Part shown: piece by piece, positions 28,104 to 39,465 of the stretch
Position numbering within the stretch: the first letter of the stretch is position 1
Layout of the letters: every line of letters begins with the position of its first letter
NCBI GenBank assembly: GCA_035304345.1
Contig: DATGQE010000066.1
Coordinates: 60,344 to 124,343 of the forward strand
Source of the DNA: Woeseiaceae bacterium
Lineage (GTDB): Bacteria > Pseudomonadota > Gammaproteobacteria > Steroidobacterales > Woeseiaceae
Reading direction: 5' to 3'
DNA: 64,000 nucleotides
Made by a program: the position numbers and the translations under genes
Notes under the pieces: generated by a model
Databases searched by the model: none
What the model was told of the DNA's origin: nothing
The model's input: only the letters and a program-made list of their open reading frames with translations

Positions 28104-28655
28104 ATGTTCGGTCACAGGCACGAGCCTTTCGCCCTGCGTCGCGACGTGAGCGCGGTGATCGTCCCGGCCGGCGAGACCGTGACGCTGCGCGAAGGGACCC
28201 AGGGCTTCATCACCCAGGCGCTCGGCGGCAGCTTCACCGTCTACGTCGAGGGCAACCTGTTCCGCATCGCCGGGACGGACGCCGACGCGCTCGGCAAGGA
28301 GATCGTGCCGCCGCCGTCCGTTCCCGAGAACGCCACCGACAAGGACATCGAGACGGTCGTCTGGCAGCAGCTCAAGACCTGTTACGACCCCGAAATCCCC
28401 ATCAACATCGTGGACCTCGGGCTCGTCTACCGGCTCGAGGTCGCGACCCTCCCGGACGGGCAGCGGTCGGTAGAGGTGGACATGACGCTGACCGCGCCCG
28501 GCTGCGGCATGGGCGAGATCCTGGTGCAGGACGCGCAGGAAAAGATCGGGCTCATCCCCACGGTGGGCGAGGTCAAGGTCCAGCTCGTGTTCGACCCGCC
28601 GTGGAACATGTCGATGATGTCCGAGGAAGCGCGCCTGCAGACCGGGATGCTGTAG
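28104..28655 (+). CDS. sufT: SufT-type Fe-S assembly protein (DUF59/FeS_assembly_P domain with N-terminal extension)
   Basis: 183-aa product. The DUF59 core is CYDPEIPINIVDLGLVY...LTAPGCGMG. It is the last gene of the suf operon. Confidence 0.8.
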   Translation: MFGHRHEPFALRRDVSAVIVPAGETVTLREGTQGFITQALGGSFTVYVEGNLFRIAGTDADALGKEIVPPPSVPENATDKDIETVVWQQLKTCYDPEIPINIVDLGLVYRLEVATLPDGQRSVEVDMTLTAPGCGMGEILVQDAQEKIGLIPTVGEVKVQLVFDPPWNMSMMSEEARLQTGML

Positions 28656-28656
28656 C

Positions 28657-28679
28657 CGGATGGCGGAAAAAGCCATCCG
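28657..28679 (+). terminator. Hairpin immediately after sufT (possible operon terminator, no T-run)
   Basis: cggatggc-ggaaaaa-gccatccg is a perfect 8-bp stem that starts 2 nt after the sufT stop. It is not followed by a U tract, so it is only tentative. Confidence 0.3.
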
Positions 28680-28740
28680 TGACGCGGGACGCGGGCGCGT
28701 GCAGTAAACTGCGCGGATTCCGAAGCGGAAGCGCGTGGCG

Positions 28741-29235
28741 ATGAAGACCCTCACGATCCTCCGACACGGCAAATCGAGCTGGAAGCAGGAGGGCCAGCCC
28801 GATTTCGAGCGGCCGCTCAGCCGGCGCGGCGAGGAGAATGCGCCGCTCATGGCGCAGCGCATCACCGAAGCGGGCATCCGGCCGTCCCTGATCGTGAGCA
28901 GTCCCGCCGTGCGCGCCTGGAGCACGGCGAAGCTCGTGGCACGCGCCATCGGCTACCCGCTCGAGTTCCTGCACCGCGAGGATGCCCTGTACATGGCGGG
29001 GCTCGAGCGGCTGCTCGACGTGATCGCGGCGCAGGACCCGGGATTCAACAGCATCGTGGTGGTCGGCCACAACCCGGGGCTCACGGAGCTCGCCAACCAT
29101 CTCCTCCCCGGCGTCACGGACAACCTGCCGACCTGCGGGCTGGTCGCGCTCGCCATCGACACCGACGACTGGGACCTGCGCACGCCGAAGCCGGTCGAGC
29201 TTCTGCTCCACGATTACCCGAAACGTCCGCTGTAG
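28741..29235 (+). CDS. sixA: Histidine phosphatase family protein, SixA-like phosphohistidine phosphatase
   Basis: Has the RHG motif (LTILRHGKS), a second His motif (VVGHNPG) and SixA-like size. An alternative GTG lies at 28735. Confidence 0.65.
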   Translation: MKTLTILRHGKSSWKQEGQPDFERPLSRRGEENAPLMAQRITEAGIRPSLIVSSPAVRAWSTAKLVARAIGYPLEFLHREDALYMAGLERLLDVIAAQDPGFNSIVVVGHNPGLTELANHLLPGVTDNLPTCGLVALAIDTDDWDLRTPKPVELLLHDYPKRPL

Positions 29236-29286
29236 GAGCACGCGCCGCGCGCCTTCGAGCCAGCCCCGGAAGCGGGCCCTGCGCGC

Positions 29287-30645
29287 TCAGCACTCGGGAA
29301 CGTTCACCGCGAGGCCGCCGCGGGAGGTTTCCTTGTAGATGGTGGACATGTCGAGGCCGGTCTGGCGCATCGTCGCGATCACCTGGTCGAGCGACACCTT
29401 GTGCGTGCCGTCGCCCTGCAGCGCGAGCCGCGCCGCGTTGATCGCCTTGACGGCGCCCATCGCGTTGCGCTCGATGCAGGGGATCTGCACGAGACCGCCG
29501 ACCGGATCGCAGGTCAGGCCGAGATTGTGCTCCATGCCGATCTCGGCGGCGTTCTCCACCTGCTGGTTCGTGCCGCCGAGCGCGGCGGCGAGGCCGCCGG
29601 CGGCCATGGAGCAGGCTACGCCGACCTCGCCCTGGCAGCCCATCTCGGCACCGGAGATCGAGGCGTTGATCTTGTACAGGATGCCGATCGCGCCGGCGGT
29701 GAGCAGGAAGCGCTCGACGCCGGCGTCGTCCGCGCCGGGCACGAGCTCGCGGTAGTAATGCAGCACGGCGGGGATGATGCCCGCGGCGCCGTTCGTCGGA
29801 GAGGTCACCACGCGGCCGCCCGCGGCGTTCTCCTCGTTGACCGCGATGGCCCAGGCGTTCACCCAGTCCATCGTGTCCAGCCCGTCGCAGCGCCCGCCCG
29901 CCTGCAGCGCACGGTAGAGCTGCGGTGCGCGCCGCACCACCCCGATCCGGCCCGGCAACACCCCGTCCGTCACGAGACCGCGCCGCACGCAGGCGCGCAT
30001 CGTCTCCCAGACCAGGGCGAGCCTTTCGCGCACTTCCGCTTCGCTGCGCCAGGTGCTCTCGTTCGCGAGCATGAGCTCCGCGATCGTGAGGCCGGCGGTG
30101 TCGGCCATGCCGAGCAGGGCGGCGGCGTTGGTGAACGGATACGGCGGCTCGCCCTCCTGCGCGCGCGGCTCCGGCTCGTCGCCGCGCACGACGAAGCCGC
30201 CACCCAGCGAATACCAGTCCTCCGTCACGAGCACGTTGCCGGCCGCGTCGCAGGCGGCGAACCGCATGCCGTTCGTGTGCCGGGGCAGCTCGTCGTCGAG
30301 GTCGAACACGACATCGCGCTCCGGCGCGAAGTCGATCGTCACCCCGTGGGGCAGCGTGAGCCTGCGCTCGGCGTGAATGCGGCCGAGCAGCGGCCCGGTC
30401 TCGTCGGGATCGAGCGTATCCGGCGCCTTCCCGGAAAGCCCGAGCAGTATCGCCGCGTCGGTGCCGTGTCCCTTGCCCGTGTACGCGAGAGAGCCGTAGA
30501 GCCGCACCGCGACGCGCGCCACGGGCGCCGGCAGCGCGGCCAGGCCGCCCGCGAACGCGAGGGCAGCCTTCATCGGGCCGACCGTATGGGAGCTCGAAGG
30601 TCCTACGCCGATCTTGAAGATGTCGAAAACGCTGATGGCCGGCAT
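29287..30645 (-). CDS. sdaA: L-serine ammonia-lyase (Fe-S dependent, single chain)
   Basis: 452-aa product. N-terminus [21 protein letters not shown] and Cys-containing C-terminal motifs ([34 protein letters not shown]) are typical. Confidence 0.93.
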   Translation of the reverse strand: MPAISVFDIFKIGVGPSSSHTVGPMKAALAFAGGLAALPAPVARVAVRLYGSLAYTGKGHGTDAAILLGLSGKAPDTLDPDETGPLLGRIHAERRLTLPHGVTIDFAPERDVVFDLDDELPRHTNGMRFAACDAAGNVLVTEDWYSLGGGFVVRGDEPEPRAQEGEPPYPFTNAAALLGMADTAGLTIAELMLANESTWRSEAEVRERLALVWETMRACVRRGLVTDGVLPGRIGVVRRAPQLYRALQAGGRCDGLDTMDWVNAWAIAVNEENAAGGRVVTSPTNGAAGIIPAVLHYYRELVPGADDAGVERFLLTAGAIGILYKINASISGAEMGCQGEVGVACSMAAGGLAAALGGTNQQVENAAEIGMEHNLGLTCDPVGGLVQIPCIERNAMGAVKAINAARLALQGDGTHKVSLDQVIATMRQTGLDMSTIYKETSRGGLAVNVPEC

Positions 30646-30712
30646 GGCACCATGATAACGCGGTCGCCGCGTGCCCGAGAGCTTTGCGGGGACGGCGGAC
30701 GAGTCGCGCCGC

Positions 30713-33700
30713 CTAGTCCTCCAGGGACAGCAGGCTCGCGTTGCCGCCGACCGCCGCGATGTTGTTGCTGACCGAGTACTCGGTGCCGAAGCGCGGCAGG
30801 TAGTGCGGCCCGCCGGCCTTCGGCCCGGTGCCGGAAAGCCCGCGCCCGCCGAAAGGCTGCACGCCGACCACGGCGCCGATCATGTTGCGGTTGATGTAGT
30901 TGTTGCCGGCCCCGGACAGCCTGACGAACTGCCTCGCCCGCGCGTCGATCCGGCTGTGCAGGCCCATCGTGAGGCCGTAGCCGGTGCCGTTCACCGCCTG
31001 CACCATCTCTTCGAAACGGTCCGCCGGATACCGCAGCACGTGCAGCACCGGCCCGAAAACCTCGCGCTCGAGCTGCGCGACGCTGTCGATGCCGATGAGC
31101 GTCGGCGCGAAGAAGGTACCGACCCGGGCCGAGTCCGGCAGGCGGCAACGATGCACGATGGCGCTTTCCAGGCGCGCGACGTGCTCGTCGAGCATCGCTC
31201 GCGCCGCCTCGTCGATCACGGGTCCCACGTCGGTCGAAACGCGCGCCGGGTTGCCGATGGAGAGCTCGTCCATCGCGCCTTCGAGCAGCTCGAGGACACG
31301 GCTGGCGATGTCTTCCTGCAGGCACAGGACGCGCAGCGCCGAGCAGCGTTGTCCCGCGCTGTTGAACGCGGAATGGACGGTATCCGCGACGACCTGCTCG
31401 GGCAGGGCGGAGCTGTCCACGAACATCGCGTTCTGGCCGCCGGTCTCCGCGATCAGCGTGGCGATCGGCCCCTCCCGGCCGGCCAGCGTGCGGTTGATGA
31501 TGCGCGCCGTTTCCCCGGAGCCGGTGAACGCCACCCCGGCGACCCGCGGGTCGGCGCAGGCACGCCCGCCGACCGCGGCGCCGTCTCCCGGCAGGAAGTG
31601 CAGCACGCCAGCCGGCACGCCGGCCTCGAGCAGGAGCTCCACGGCGCGGTGCGCGACCAGCGGGGTCTGCTCGGCCGGTTTCGCGAGCACCGCGTTGCCG
31701 GCCGCGAGCGCCGCGGCGACCTGGCCCGTGAAGATGGCGAGCGGGAAGTTCCACGGGCTGATGCAGGCGAACACGCCGCGGGCGCGCATGCCGAGCACGT
31801 TGCGCTCGCCCGTCGGTCCGGGCAGCGGCACCGGCTCACCGAAGAGCTCCTCGGCGCGCACGGCGTAGTAGCGCAGGAAATCGACTGCCTCCCGGACCTC
31901 CGCGAGCGCGTCCGGCAGCGTCTTGCCGGCTTCCCTGACGCACAGCGCCATGAGCTCCGGCGCGTGCTGCTCGTAAAGGTCCGCGGCCTGTCGCAGCACG
32001 CCGGCACGATCCGCCGCGGAAGTGCGATCCCAGGCCGGCTGCGCCGCGGCGGCTACGGCGAGCGCGCGGTCGACGGCGGCGGCATCCGCCTGCACGCAGG
32101 TGCCCACGACCTCGTCGCGATCGGCGGGATTGACCGAGGGCAGCGCTTCACCGGTGAGCGTCTCGCCGTCCACGATGGGCGCGGCGTGTCGCTCGGAGGC
32201 CGACGCTTGCGCCATCTCCTCGAGCAGCTCCCGCAGGACGCGCCGGTCGGGCAGGTTGCGGCCGCGCGAGTTGCGCCGCTCGGGCTGGTAGATGTCGAGC
32301 GGCGACGGGATGCGCGCGTGGGGCCGGAACCCGGTCCTGCTCGCCGTCACCACCGGGTCCGCGACGATGTCCTCGATGTCGACGTCCTCGTCGACGATCC
32401 GGTGCACGAACGAGGTGTTGGCGCCGTTCTCGAGCAGCCGCCGCACGAGATACGGCAACAGGTCCTCGTGGCTGCCCACCGGTGCGTACACGCGGCACGG
32501 CCGCGCGAATCTCTCCGGATCGATCACCTCGCGGTAGAGGTCCTCCCCCATCCCGTGCAGCCGCTGGAACTCGAAATCCGTGCGCGAGCCCGCGAAATGC
32601 ATGACGCTCGCGAGCGTCTGCGCGTTGTGGGTCGCGAACTGCGGGTACAGCAGGTCCCCGGCATCCAGCAGCAGGCGCGCACAGGCGAGGTAGGAGACGT
32701 CGGTATGCGACTTGCGCGTGAAGACGGGGTAGCTGTCGAGGCCCTGCTCCTGGGCGCGCTTGATCTCCGTGTCCCAGTAGGCACCCTTGACGAGCCGGAC
32801 CGGGATGCGCCGGCCGACGTCGCGCGCCAGCGCGGTGAGCCAGGCGATGACGTCGCGCGCGCGGCGCTGGTAGGCCTGCACTGCCAGCCCGAGACCGGCA
32901 TAACCGTCGAGCCGCCCGTCCCGGTAGACGCGCTCGAACACGTCGAGCGACAGCTCCAGCCGGTCGGCCTCCTCCGCGTCGATCGTGAGGGCGATCCCGG
33001 CGTCCCGTGCCTCGAGCACGAGCCTGAGCACCCGCGGCACGAGCTCGTCGAGCACGCGCCCGGCCTGCTGCCAGCCGTAACGCGGGTGCAGCGCCGAGAG
33101 CTTGACCGAGATGCTCGGCGCTTCGTGGATGGACGCGGCGGACCCGGCGGACTCGCCTATGCGCGCGATCGCCTGTGAATACGATTCGAGGTAGCGGACG
33201 GCATCGGCCGCCGTCACTGCCGCCTCGCCGAGCATGTCGAACGAATAGCGCCAGCGGCGCCCCTCCTTGCGCCGGGACCGGCCCAGCGCTTCCTCGATCG
33301 TGCGCCCCATGACGAACTGGTGCCCCATGATGCGCATCGCCTGCCGCATCGCCGTCCGCACGAGGGGCTCCCCCACGCGGCTCGCCAGCTTCTTCAGCAC
33401 CCGGGCCGGGTTCCGCTTCACCTCTTCGTCGAGGCGGAGCAGGCGCCCGGTGAGCATGAGCCCCCAGGTCGAGGCGTTGACGAACAGCGACTCGCTTTCG
33501 CCGAGATGATCCTGCCAGCTCGCGGAGGTGATCTTGTCCGCGATGAGCGCGTCCGCCGTCTCGTCGTCCGGGATCCGCAGCAGCGCTTCGGCGATGCACA
33601 TGAGCAGCACCCCTTCCTGCGAGGAGAGGTCGTATTGCGCGAGGAACGCGTCGATGCCGCCCTCGCGGGCCGTGCGCCTGACGGCCGCGACCAGCCGTTC

Positions 33701-33856
33701 CGCCGTGGCGCGGATCTTCGCCGCCTGCGCATCGCCCGCGGCGGCGATGCGGGCGAGGTCGCGAACGAGCGCCTCCTCGTCGGCCAGGTAACGGTCGTTG
33801 ACCGGGCCGAGCGGCGGCAGCGCGTAATGCAACTGATCGGTAAAGGTCACGGGCAC
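30713..33856 (-). CDS. putA: Bifunctional proline dehydrogenase / L-glutamate gamma-semialdehyde dehydrogenase PutA (no N-terminal RHH domain)
   Basis: 1047-aa product with a GTG start. It has a PRODH barrel (YAPVG...[18 protein letters not shown]) followed by an ALDH domain ([28 protein letters not shown]). Confidence 0.93.
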   Translation of the reverse strand: MPVTFTDQLHYALPPLGPVNDRYLADEEALVRDLARIAAAGDAQAAKIRATAERLVAAVRRTAREGGIDAFLAQYDLSSQEGVLLMCIAEALLRIPDDETADALIADKITSASWQDHLGESESLFVNASTWGLMLTGRLLRLDEEVKRNPARVLKKLASRVGEPLVRTAMRQAMRIMGHQFVMGRTIEEALGRSRRKEGRRWRYSFDMLGEAAVTAADAVRYLESYSQAIARIGESAGSAASIHEAPSISVKLSALHPRYGWQQAGRVLDELVPRVLRLVLEARDAGIALTIDAEEADRLELSLDVFERVYRDGRLDGYAGLGLAVQAYQRRARDVIAWLTALARDVGRRIPVRLVKGAYWDTEIKRAQEQGLDSYPVFTRKSHTDVSYLACARLLLDAGDLLYPQFATHNAQTLASVMHFAGSRTDFEFQRLHGMGEDLYREVIDPERFARPCRVYAPVGSHEDLLPYLVRRLLENGANTSFVHRIVDEDVDIEDIVADPVVTASRTGFRPHARIPSPLDIYQPERRNSRGRNLPDRRVLRELLEEMAQASASERHAAPIVDGETLTGEALPSVNPADRDEVVGTCVQADAAAVDRALAVAAAAQPAWDRTSAADRAGVLRQAADLYEQHAPELMALCVREAGKTLPDALAEVREAVDFLRYYAVRAEELFGEPVPLPGPTGERNVLGMRARGVFACISPWNFPLAIFTGQVAAALAAGNAVLAKPAEQTPLVAHRAVELLLEAGVPAGVLHFLPGDGAAVGGRACADPRVAGVAFTGSGETARIINRTLAGREGPIATLIAETGGQNAMFVDSSALPEQVVADTVHSAFNSAGQRCSALRVLCLQEDIASRVLELLEGAMDELSIGNPARVSTDVGPVIDEAARAMLDEHVARLESAIVHRCRLPDSARVGTFFAPTLIGIDSVAQLEREVFGPVLHVLRYPADRFEEMVQAVNGTGYGLTMGLHSRIDARARQFVRLSGAGNNYINRNMIGAVVGVQPFGGRGLSGTGPKAGGPHYLPRFGTEYSVSNNIAAVGGNASLLSLED

Positions 33857-33998
33857 CCTGCCGGTACCAAGGGCGGGGCATTATAAGTCAGACCCTGCCG
33901 CATAATCTCCCGACGGCCGGTCCTCGCCCCGTGCCCGTCGGCGGATGCGGCAACGCGGCCCGCAGGGCGGCGCCGGGGCTTTGGCGATATAATGCCGC

Positions 33999-34024
33999 GG
34001 GCCTGTCGATCGCAGGCCCTTTTT
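33999..34024 (+). terminator. Intrinsic-terminator-like hairpin plus T5 in the kbl 5' leader (attenuator or sRNA 3' end candidate)
   Basis: gggcctg-tcgatcg-caggccc (7-bp GC stem) is followed directly by ttttt (34020-34024). TATAAT at 33988-33993 lies just upstream, and the kbl SD GGAGGG lies just downstream. Confidence 0.4.
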
Positions 34025-34041
34025 CGTCAATGGAGGGCGGC

Positions 34042-35241
34042 ATGCCGCGCGACTTCCTCGATTCCCTCGCCGAGCGCACGGAGGCACTGAAAGCGCAGGG
34101 CCTGTTCAAAGAGGAGCGGGTCATCGCCGGGCCGCAGCAGGCGGCCATCGACGTGCGCCAGAACGGCGGCACGCGAGAAGTCCTGAACCTCTGTGCCAAC
34201 AACTATCTCGGGCTCGCGAACCACCCGGCCGTGATCGAAGCGGCGCACCGCGCACTGGACGAATTCGGCTACGGGATGGCCTCCGTGCGCTTCATCTGCG
34301 GCACGCAGACGATCCACAAGGCGCTCGAGGAGCGCCTGAGCCGGTTCCTCGGCACCGAGGACACGATCCTGTACCCGTCCTGCTTCGACGCGAACGGCGG
34401 CCTGTTCGAAGCGCTGCTGGACGAGCGGGACGCCGTGATCAGCGATGCGCTGAACCACGCGAGCATCATCGACGGCATCCGCCTGTCCAAGGCGCAGCGG
34501 TTCCGCTACCGCCACGACGACATGGACGACCTGGAGGCGAAACTCGAGGAAGCCAGGGACTGCCGTACGCGCCTCATCGTCACGGACGGCGTGTTCTCCA
34601 TGGACGGCACCATCGCGAACCTCGGCACGATCTGCGAGCTCGCCGAGCGCTACGACGCGCTGACGATGATCGACGACTGCCACGCGACCGGCTTCCTCGG
34701 CGAGACGGGCCGCGGAACGCACGAGTACCGCAACGTGATGGGCCGCATCGACATCATCACCGGCACCCTCGGCAAGGCGCTCGGCGGTGCGACGGGCGGC
34801 TTCACTTCCGCCCGCAAGGAGATCGTGGCGTGGCTGCGCCAGCGCTCCCGCCCGTACCTGTTCTCGAACTCCATCGCGCCGCCGGTCGCGGCCGCGTCGC
34901 TCGCGGTGCTCGATCTCGTGGAGCGCGATCCGGAGCTGCGCACGCGCCTCCACGATCACGCGGCGTACTTCCGCGCTTCGCTGGAGAAGCTCGGCTTCGA
35001 GCTGCGCCCCGGGCAGCACCCGATCATCCCGGTGATGCTCGGCGACGCGAAGCTCGCCACCGAAATGGCGAACCGGCTGCTCGACCACGGCGTCTACGTG
35101 ATCGGCTTCTCCTATCCCGTCGTGCCCGAAGGCCAGGCGCGCATCCGCACCCAGATGTCGGCGGGACTGACGCGCGCCCAGCTCGACCGGGCCGTCGACG
35201 CGTTCGCGGCCGTCGGCCGCGAGCTCGGCGTGATCTCCTGA
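34042..35241 (+). CDS. kbl: Glycine C-acetyltransferase (2-amino-3-ketobutyrate CoA ligase)
   Basis: ATG at 34042 follows [23 protein letters not shown] and the PLP Lys region TLGKALGG are typical Kbl. It is followed by tdh. Confidence 0.93.
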   Translation: MPRDFLDSLAERTEALKAQGLFKEERVIAGPQQAAIDVRQNGGTREVLNLCANNYLGLANHPAVIEAAHRALDEFGYGMASVRFICGTQTIHKALEERLSRFLGTEDTILYPSCFDANGGLFEALLDERDAVISDALNHASIIDGIRLSKAQRFRYRHDDMDDLEAKLEEARDCRTRLIVTDGVFSMDGTIANLGTICELAERYDALTMIDDCHATGFLGETGRGTHEYRNVMGRIDIITGTLGKALGGATGGFTSARKEIVAWLRQRSRPYLFSNSIAPPVAAASLAVLDLVERDPELRTRLHDHAAYFRASLEKLGFELRPGQHPIIPVMLGDAKLATEMANRLLDHGVYVIGFSYPVVPEGQARIRTQMSAGLTRAQLDRAVDAFAAVGRELGVIS

Positions 35242-35248
35242 GGGCGGC

Positions 35249-36274
35249 ATGCGCGCGCTCGTCAAATCGAAACCGGAGCCCGGCATCTGGCTGGAGGAGA
35301 TTCCGCGCCCGAAGCCCGGGCACAACGACGTGCTCATCAAGGTCAGGCGCGCGGCGATTTGCGGCACCGACATCCACATCTACCGCTGGGACGAATGGGC
35401 GCGCAACACGATCCCGGTGCCGCTCGCGATCGGTCACGAGTTCAGCGGCGAGATCGTCGAGGTCGGGAGCGAGGTGCGGGGCCTCGCGACCGGGGACCGC
35501 GTCTCGGCCGAGGGACACATCACCTGCGGCGTGTGCCGCAATTGTCGCGCCGGCCGCCGGCACCTGTGCCGCAACACGCTGGGCATCGGTGTGAGCCGTG
35601 CCGGAGCGTTCGCCGACTACATCTCGGTGCCGGCGTTCAACGTCTTCAAGCTGCCGGCGTCGATCTCCGACGAGATGGCGGCCATCCTCGACCCGCTCGG
35701 CAATGCCACCCACACGGCCCTGTCGTTCGACCTGGTCGGCGAGGACGTGCTCATCACGGGCGCCGGGCCCATCGGCATCATGGCGGCGGCGATCGCCCGT
35801 TATGCCGGCGCCCGTCACATCGTCGTCACGGACGTCAACGATTACCGGCTCGAGCTCGCGAGGAGAATGGGCGCGTCGGTCGCGCTCAACGTGCAGCGCG
35901 GCTCGCTCGACGACACGATGCGCGATCTCGGGATGGAGGAAGGTTTCGACGTCGGCATGGAGATGTCGGGCAACCCGTCCGCGTTCCGCGACCTCCTGCG
36001 CACCATGCACCATGGCGGCAAGGTGGCGATACTCGGGATTCCGCCGTCCGACACCGCGATCGACTGGAACCAGGTCATCTTCAAGGGGCTGGTGCTCAAG
36101 GGCATCTACGGCCGCGAGATGTTCGAGACCTGGTACAAGATGGCCAGCATGCTCCAGAGCGGCCTCGACATCGAGCCGCTCATCACCCACCGCTTCGCGC
36201 TGGAAGACTACCGCGATGCCTTCGAGCTGATGGCCTCCGGCCAGTCCGGCAAGGTCGTCCTCGAATGGTCGTGA
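35249..36274 (+). CDS. tdh: L-threonine 3-dehydrogenase (zinc MDR family)
   Basis: 341-aa product. [21 protein letters not shown] and [15 protein letters not shown] are Tdh motifs. Confidence 0.93.
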   Translation: MRALVKSKPEPGIWLEEIPRPKPGHNDVLIKVRRAAICGTDIHIYRWDEWARNTIPVPLAIGHEFSGEIVEVGSEVRGLATGDRVSAEGHITCGVCRNCRAGRRHLCRNTLGIGVSRAGAFADYISVPAFNVFKLPASISDEMAAILDPLGNATHTALSFDLVGEDVLITGAGPIGIMAAAIARYAGARHIVVTDVNDYRLELARRMGASVALNVQRGSLDDTMRDLGMEEGFDVGMEMSGNPSAFRDLLRTMHHGGKVAILGIPPSDTAIDWNQVIFKGLVLKGIYGREMFETWYKMASMLQSGLDIEPLITHRFALEDYRDAFELMASGQSGKVVLEWS

Positions 36275-36331
36275 CGCGACCGGGCCTTCGGGGGCCCGGC
36301 CGGCCGACGATCCTTCCCCGCGGCCCGTCCG

Positions 36332-38188
36332 CTACGGGAGCGCGCAGAACGCGCAATAGGCGTACAGGCCGTTCGGGTCGTTGAAGCGCACGAGCGGCGC
36401 CAGCGTCGCCGCCAGCGATTCCGCGAGCCGCTCGACGGCGCCCGGCCTGGGCGCGAAGCGTGCGAGGTCGATCCCGAGCGCGCGGGCACCGCCCAGAAGC
36501 TGCAGCAGGAACTGCTCGGTCGGGGTGAGCTCCGGCTCGATGTACACGCGGCCGTAGCCACCGTCCTCCAGCCCGGCGAGCTCGGCCGCCGCGGCCACCG
36601 CCTCCTCCAGGCTGCCGATCCCGTCCACGAGCCCGAGCTCCGCCGCCTGGGCGCCGGTCCAGATCTGGCCCTGCGCGAGGCGGTCGACCTCGTCCTCCGG
36701 CAGGTCACGATGGAACGCCACCCGGCTGACGAAGTCCTGGTAGCCGTCCTCGATGACCACCTGCAACAGCTCGCGCGCGTCGTCGGACAACGGCCGGTCG
36801 AAGCGCAGCTCGCCCGCCCACTTCGTCGTGCCGACGCCGTCGGTCCTGATGCCGAGGTGCTCCAGCGAGCGCTGGAACGTCGGGAACATGCCGAAGATGC
36901 CGATCGAGCCCGTGATGGTCGTCGGGCTCGCGTAGATGCGATCCGCCGCCATGGAGATCCAGTAGCCGCCGGACGCGGCGACGCTGCTCATCGACGCCAC
37001 CACCGGCTTGCCCGCGTCCCTGAGCGACAGCACCTCGTTGCGGATCACCTCGGACGCGAACGCGCTGCCGCCGGGGCTGTCGACCCGGAGCACCACCGCC
37101 TGTACCTTGTCGTCCGCCTTTGCGCGCCGCAGGAGCCTGGCCGTGGAATCGCCGCCGATCGTGCCGGGCGGATGCGCGCCGTCGAGTATCTCGCCCGCGG
37201 CGACGATGATGGCGACGTTGCGCTGCGCGGGCTTCTCACCGCGCAGCGTGCGCATCTGCGCGAGGTAATCGTCGAGCGGAGCCGCGTTGTAGTACTCGAT
37301 CCGGTCGGGATCCCTGCCGGCGAGCTCCGCCACGCGCTCCCCGACCTCCTCGCGCGTGAGCAGGTCGTCCACGAGCCCGTGCTTCAATGCGACCCGGGCA
37401 ATGCTGCCGTCCTCCGAGCGGACGTGCTCGACGAAGCGGCGCACCAGGTCGTCGAGCGCACCCGGCTCGAGCTGGCGCGCCGCGCTCACGTCCTCCCGGT
37501 ACGCCCTCCACAACGCGTCGACCAGGCGGCTCATCGCCGCCCGGTCCTCCGGCGACATGTCGTTGCGGGTGAACGGCTCGACGGCGGATTTGTAGTCGCC
37601 GACCCGGAACACGTTCCAGTCGATCTTGAGCTTGTCGATCGCTTCCTTGAAGTAGTTGAGCCACACCCCGTATCCCTGCAGGAACAGCAGGCCTTCGGGA
37701 TGCATGTACACCTCGTCGGCGTGTGCGGCGATGTAGTACGCGTCCTGCCCGAAGTTGTCCGCCGCCGCGATCACGGGCTTGCCCGACTCGCGAAAGTCCG
37801 CGAGTGCGCCGCCGATGCGCTGCAGCTTGGAGAGCCCGGCGCTCCCGAGGTCGTCGAGGTAGATCACGACGGCCTTGATGCGCGGATCGTCCTTGGCGTA
37901 GGCGAGGCCGTCGACGATGTCCTTGACCAGCGTCTCGGGGCGCGCCTGGCCGAATGCTTCTGCCACCGCGCGCTCGTAGGGGTCGCCCTCGAGCTGCTCG
38001 ACGAGGTTGCCGGCCGGCCGGATGACGAGCGCCGCCTGGCCCGGCAGCTTCGGCGCCGATGCCGACATGGCGACGAGCACGATCGAGAAGATGAACAGCA
38101 GCAACACGAGGTGCAGCACCTTGCGCACGCCGTCGACTCCGGTCCACACGGCACCGAGGAACCGGGCCACCCCACTGCGTTTGCTCAT
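36332..38188 (-). CDS. sppA: Signal peptide peptidase SppA, 67K type
   Basis: ATG at 38188 follows AGGAGGG. It has an N-terminal TM and duplicated S49 peptidase domains (VVLRVDSPGGSAFASE, ASMSSVAASGGYW). Confidence 0.9.
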   Translation of the reverse strand: MSKRSGVARFLGAVWTGVDGVRKVLHLVLLLFIFSIVLVAMSASAPKLPGQAALVIRPAGNLVEQLEGDPYERAVAEAFGQARPETLVKDIVDGLAYAKDDPRIKAVVIYLDDLGSAGLSKLQRIGGALADFRESGKPVIAAADNFGQDAYYIAAHADEVYMHPEGLLFLQGYGVWLNYFKEAIDKLKIDWNVFRVGDYKSAVEPFTRNDMSPEDRAAMSRLVDALWRAYREDVSAARQLEPGALDDLVRRFVEHVRSEDGSIARVALKHGLVDDLLTREEVGERVAELAGRDPDRIEYYNAAPLDDYLAQMRTLRGEKPAQRNVAIIVAAGEILDGAHPPGTIGGDSTARLLRRAKADDKVQAVVLRVDSPGGSAFASEVIRNEVLSLRDAGKPVVASMSSVAASGGYWISMAADRIYASPTTITGSIGIFGMFPTFQRSLEHLGIRTDGVGTTKWAGELRFDRPLSDDARELLQVVIEDGYQDFVSRVAFHRDLPEDEVDRLAQGQIWTGAQAAELGLVDGIGSLEEAVAAAAELAGLEDGGYGRVYIEPELTPTEQFLLQLLGGARALGIDLARFAPRPGAVERLAESLAATLAPLVRFNDPNGLYAYCAFCALP

Positions 38189-38211
38189 TTCGCCCTCCTG
38201 CTCGACAGCGC

Positions 38212-39465
38212 TCATCCGGCCAGCCAGAGCGACAACTGCGGCCAGAACGTAATGATGATCACAGACGCCAGCAATATCAGCAAAAACGGAAACGTGGCCC
38301 GGCACACTTCCAGGATCGGCCTCTCGAACCGGTAGCTGGCGATGAACAGGTTGAGGCCGACCGGCGGCGTCAGATACCCGAGCTGCATCGCGGCCAGGAA
38401 CACGATCCCGAGGTGGATCGGGTCAATGGCGTATTGTGCAGCAATGGGCAGGATGAGCGGAACCACCAGCACGATGGCGGAGAAGATGTCGAGGACCGCA
38501 CCGAGGGCCAGCAGGAACAGCAGCAGCAGGACCAGGAAGGTCGCGGGGCTCGCCACCGTGCCCGCGACCAGCTCGAGCAGCCGTTGCGGCACCTCCGCGC
38601 TGATCGCGTAGTTCGTGGACGCGAGCGACACGCCGAGTATCACGAGGATGGCGCCCACGAGCAGCATCGACTCCCGCATGACGTGCACGAGCTTCGCCAG
38701 CGAGACCTCCCGCAGGATCAGGACCTCGACGATGAGCACGTACACCGCCGTGACGGCCGCCGCCTCGGAGACCGCGAAGAATCCGGAGTAGATGCCGCCG
38801 AGCACGACCAGCGGCAGCGGCAGCTCCCAGGCCGATTCGCGCAGCGCTGCCACGAGCGATGCAGACGAGAATTCGTGCATCTTCCGGTTGCCGCGATTCA
38901 CCCACAAGCTCCAGCCGGCGAGCAGGACCAGCATGAGCAGGCCCGGCAGAAGACCGGCGCGAAACAGCGAATCGATCGGAACCTCGGCGATGACGCCGTA
39001 GAGGATGAGCGGCAGAGACGGCGCGAACAGCAGTCCGAGGCTGCCGGACGTCGTGACCAGCCCGAGATTGAAACCGTCGGGATAGCCATCGTGCCGGAGG
39101 GCGGGAAAGAGTATCGCCCCGAGCGCAATGATCGTGATCCCCGACGCGCCGGTGAACGCGGTGAACAACGCGCAGGCCGCGAGTGCGACCAGGGCCAGGC
39201 CTCCGGGGATCCAGCCGATGAGTGCATTCGTCAGGCGCACCAGCCGCTGCGGCGCGCCGCTCTCGCTCAGCAGGTAACCCGCGAACGTGAACAACGGGAT
39301 CGCGGACAGGAAAGGAATCTCGGCAAGCCCGAGTATGTCGATCGCGATCGCGGCGAGGTCGTAGCCTTCGCGGTAGTAGCCGAGCATCGCGCTCGCCGCG
39401 ATGACGGCGAACAGCGGCGCACCGAGGAGCGCGAGCAGCACGAGCAGCAGGCCCGCGACGATCAT
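38212..39465 (-). CDS. TRAP transporter large permease (DctM family)
   Basis: 417-aa polytopic membrane protein with DctM-like segments (FTAFTGASGITIIALG, LGYLTPPVGLNLF). Its ATG overlaps the upstream stop (ATGA). Confidence 0.88.
   Translation of the reverse strand: MIVAGLLLVLLALLGAPLFAVIAASAMLGYYREGYDLAAIAIDILGLAEIPFLSAIPLFTFAGYLLSESGAPQRLVRLTNALIGWIPGGLALVALAACALFTAFTGASGITIIALGAILFPALRHDGYPDGFNLGLVTTSGSLGLLFAPSLPLILYGVIAEVPIDSLFRAGLLPGLLMLVLLAGWSLWVNRGNRKMHEFSSASLVAALRESAWELPLPLVVLGGIYSGFFAVSEAAAVTAVYVLIVEVLILREVSLAKLVHVMRESMLLVGAILVILGVSLASTNYAISAEVPQRLLELVAGTVASPATFLVLLLLFLLALGAVLDIFSAIVLVVPLILPIAAQYAIDPIHLGIVFLAAMQLGYLTPPVGLNLFIASYRFERPILEVCRATFPFLLILLASVIIITFWPQLSLWLAG

Noticed and set aside
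33931-34041. An N-terminal extension of kbl starting at 33931, as in the ORF track.
   Set aside because: The extension ([24 protein letters not shown]...) is low-complexity and spans a TATAAT box and a hairpin plus T5. ATG 34042 has a GGAGGG SD and gives the canonical Kbl N-terminus (MPRDFL...).
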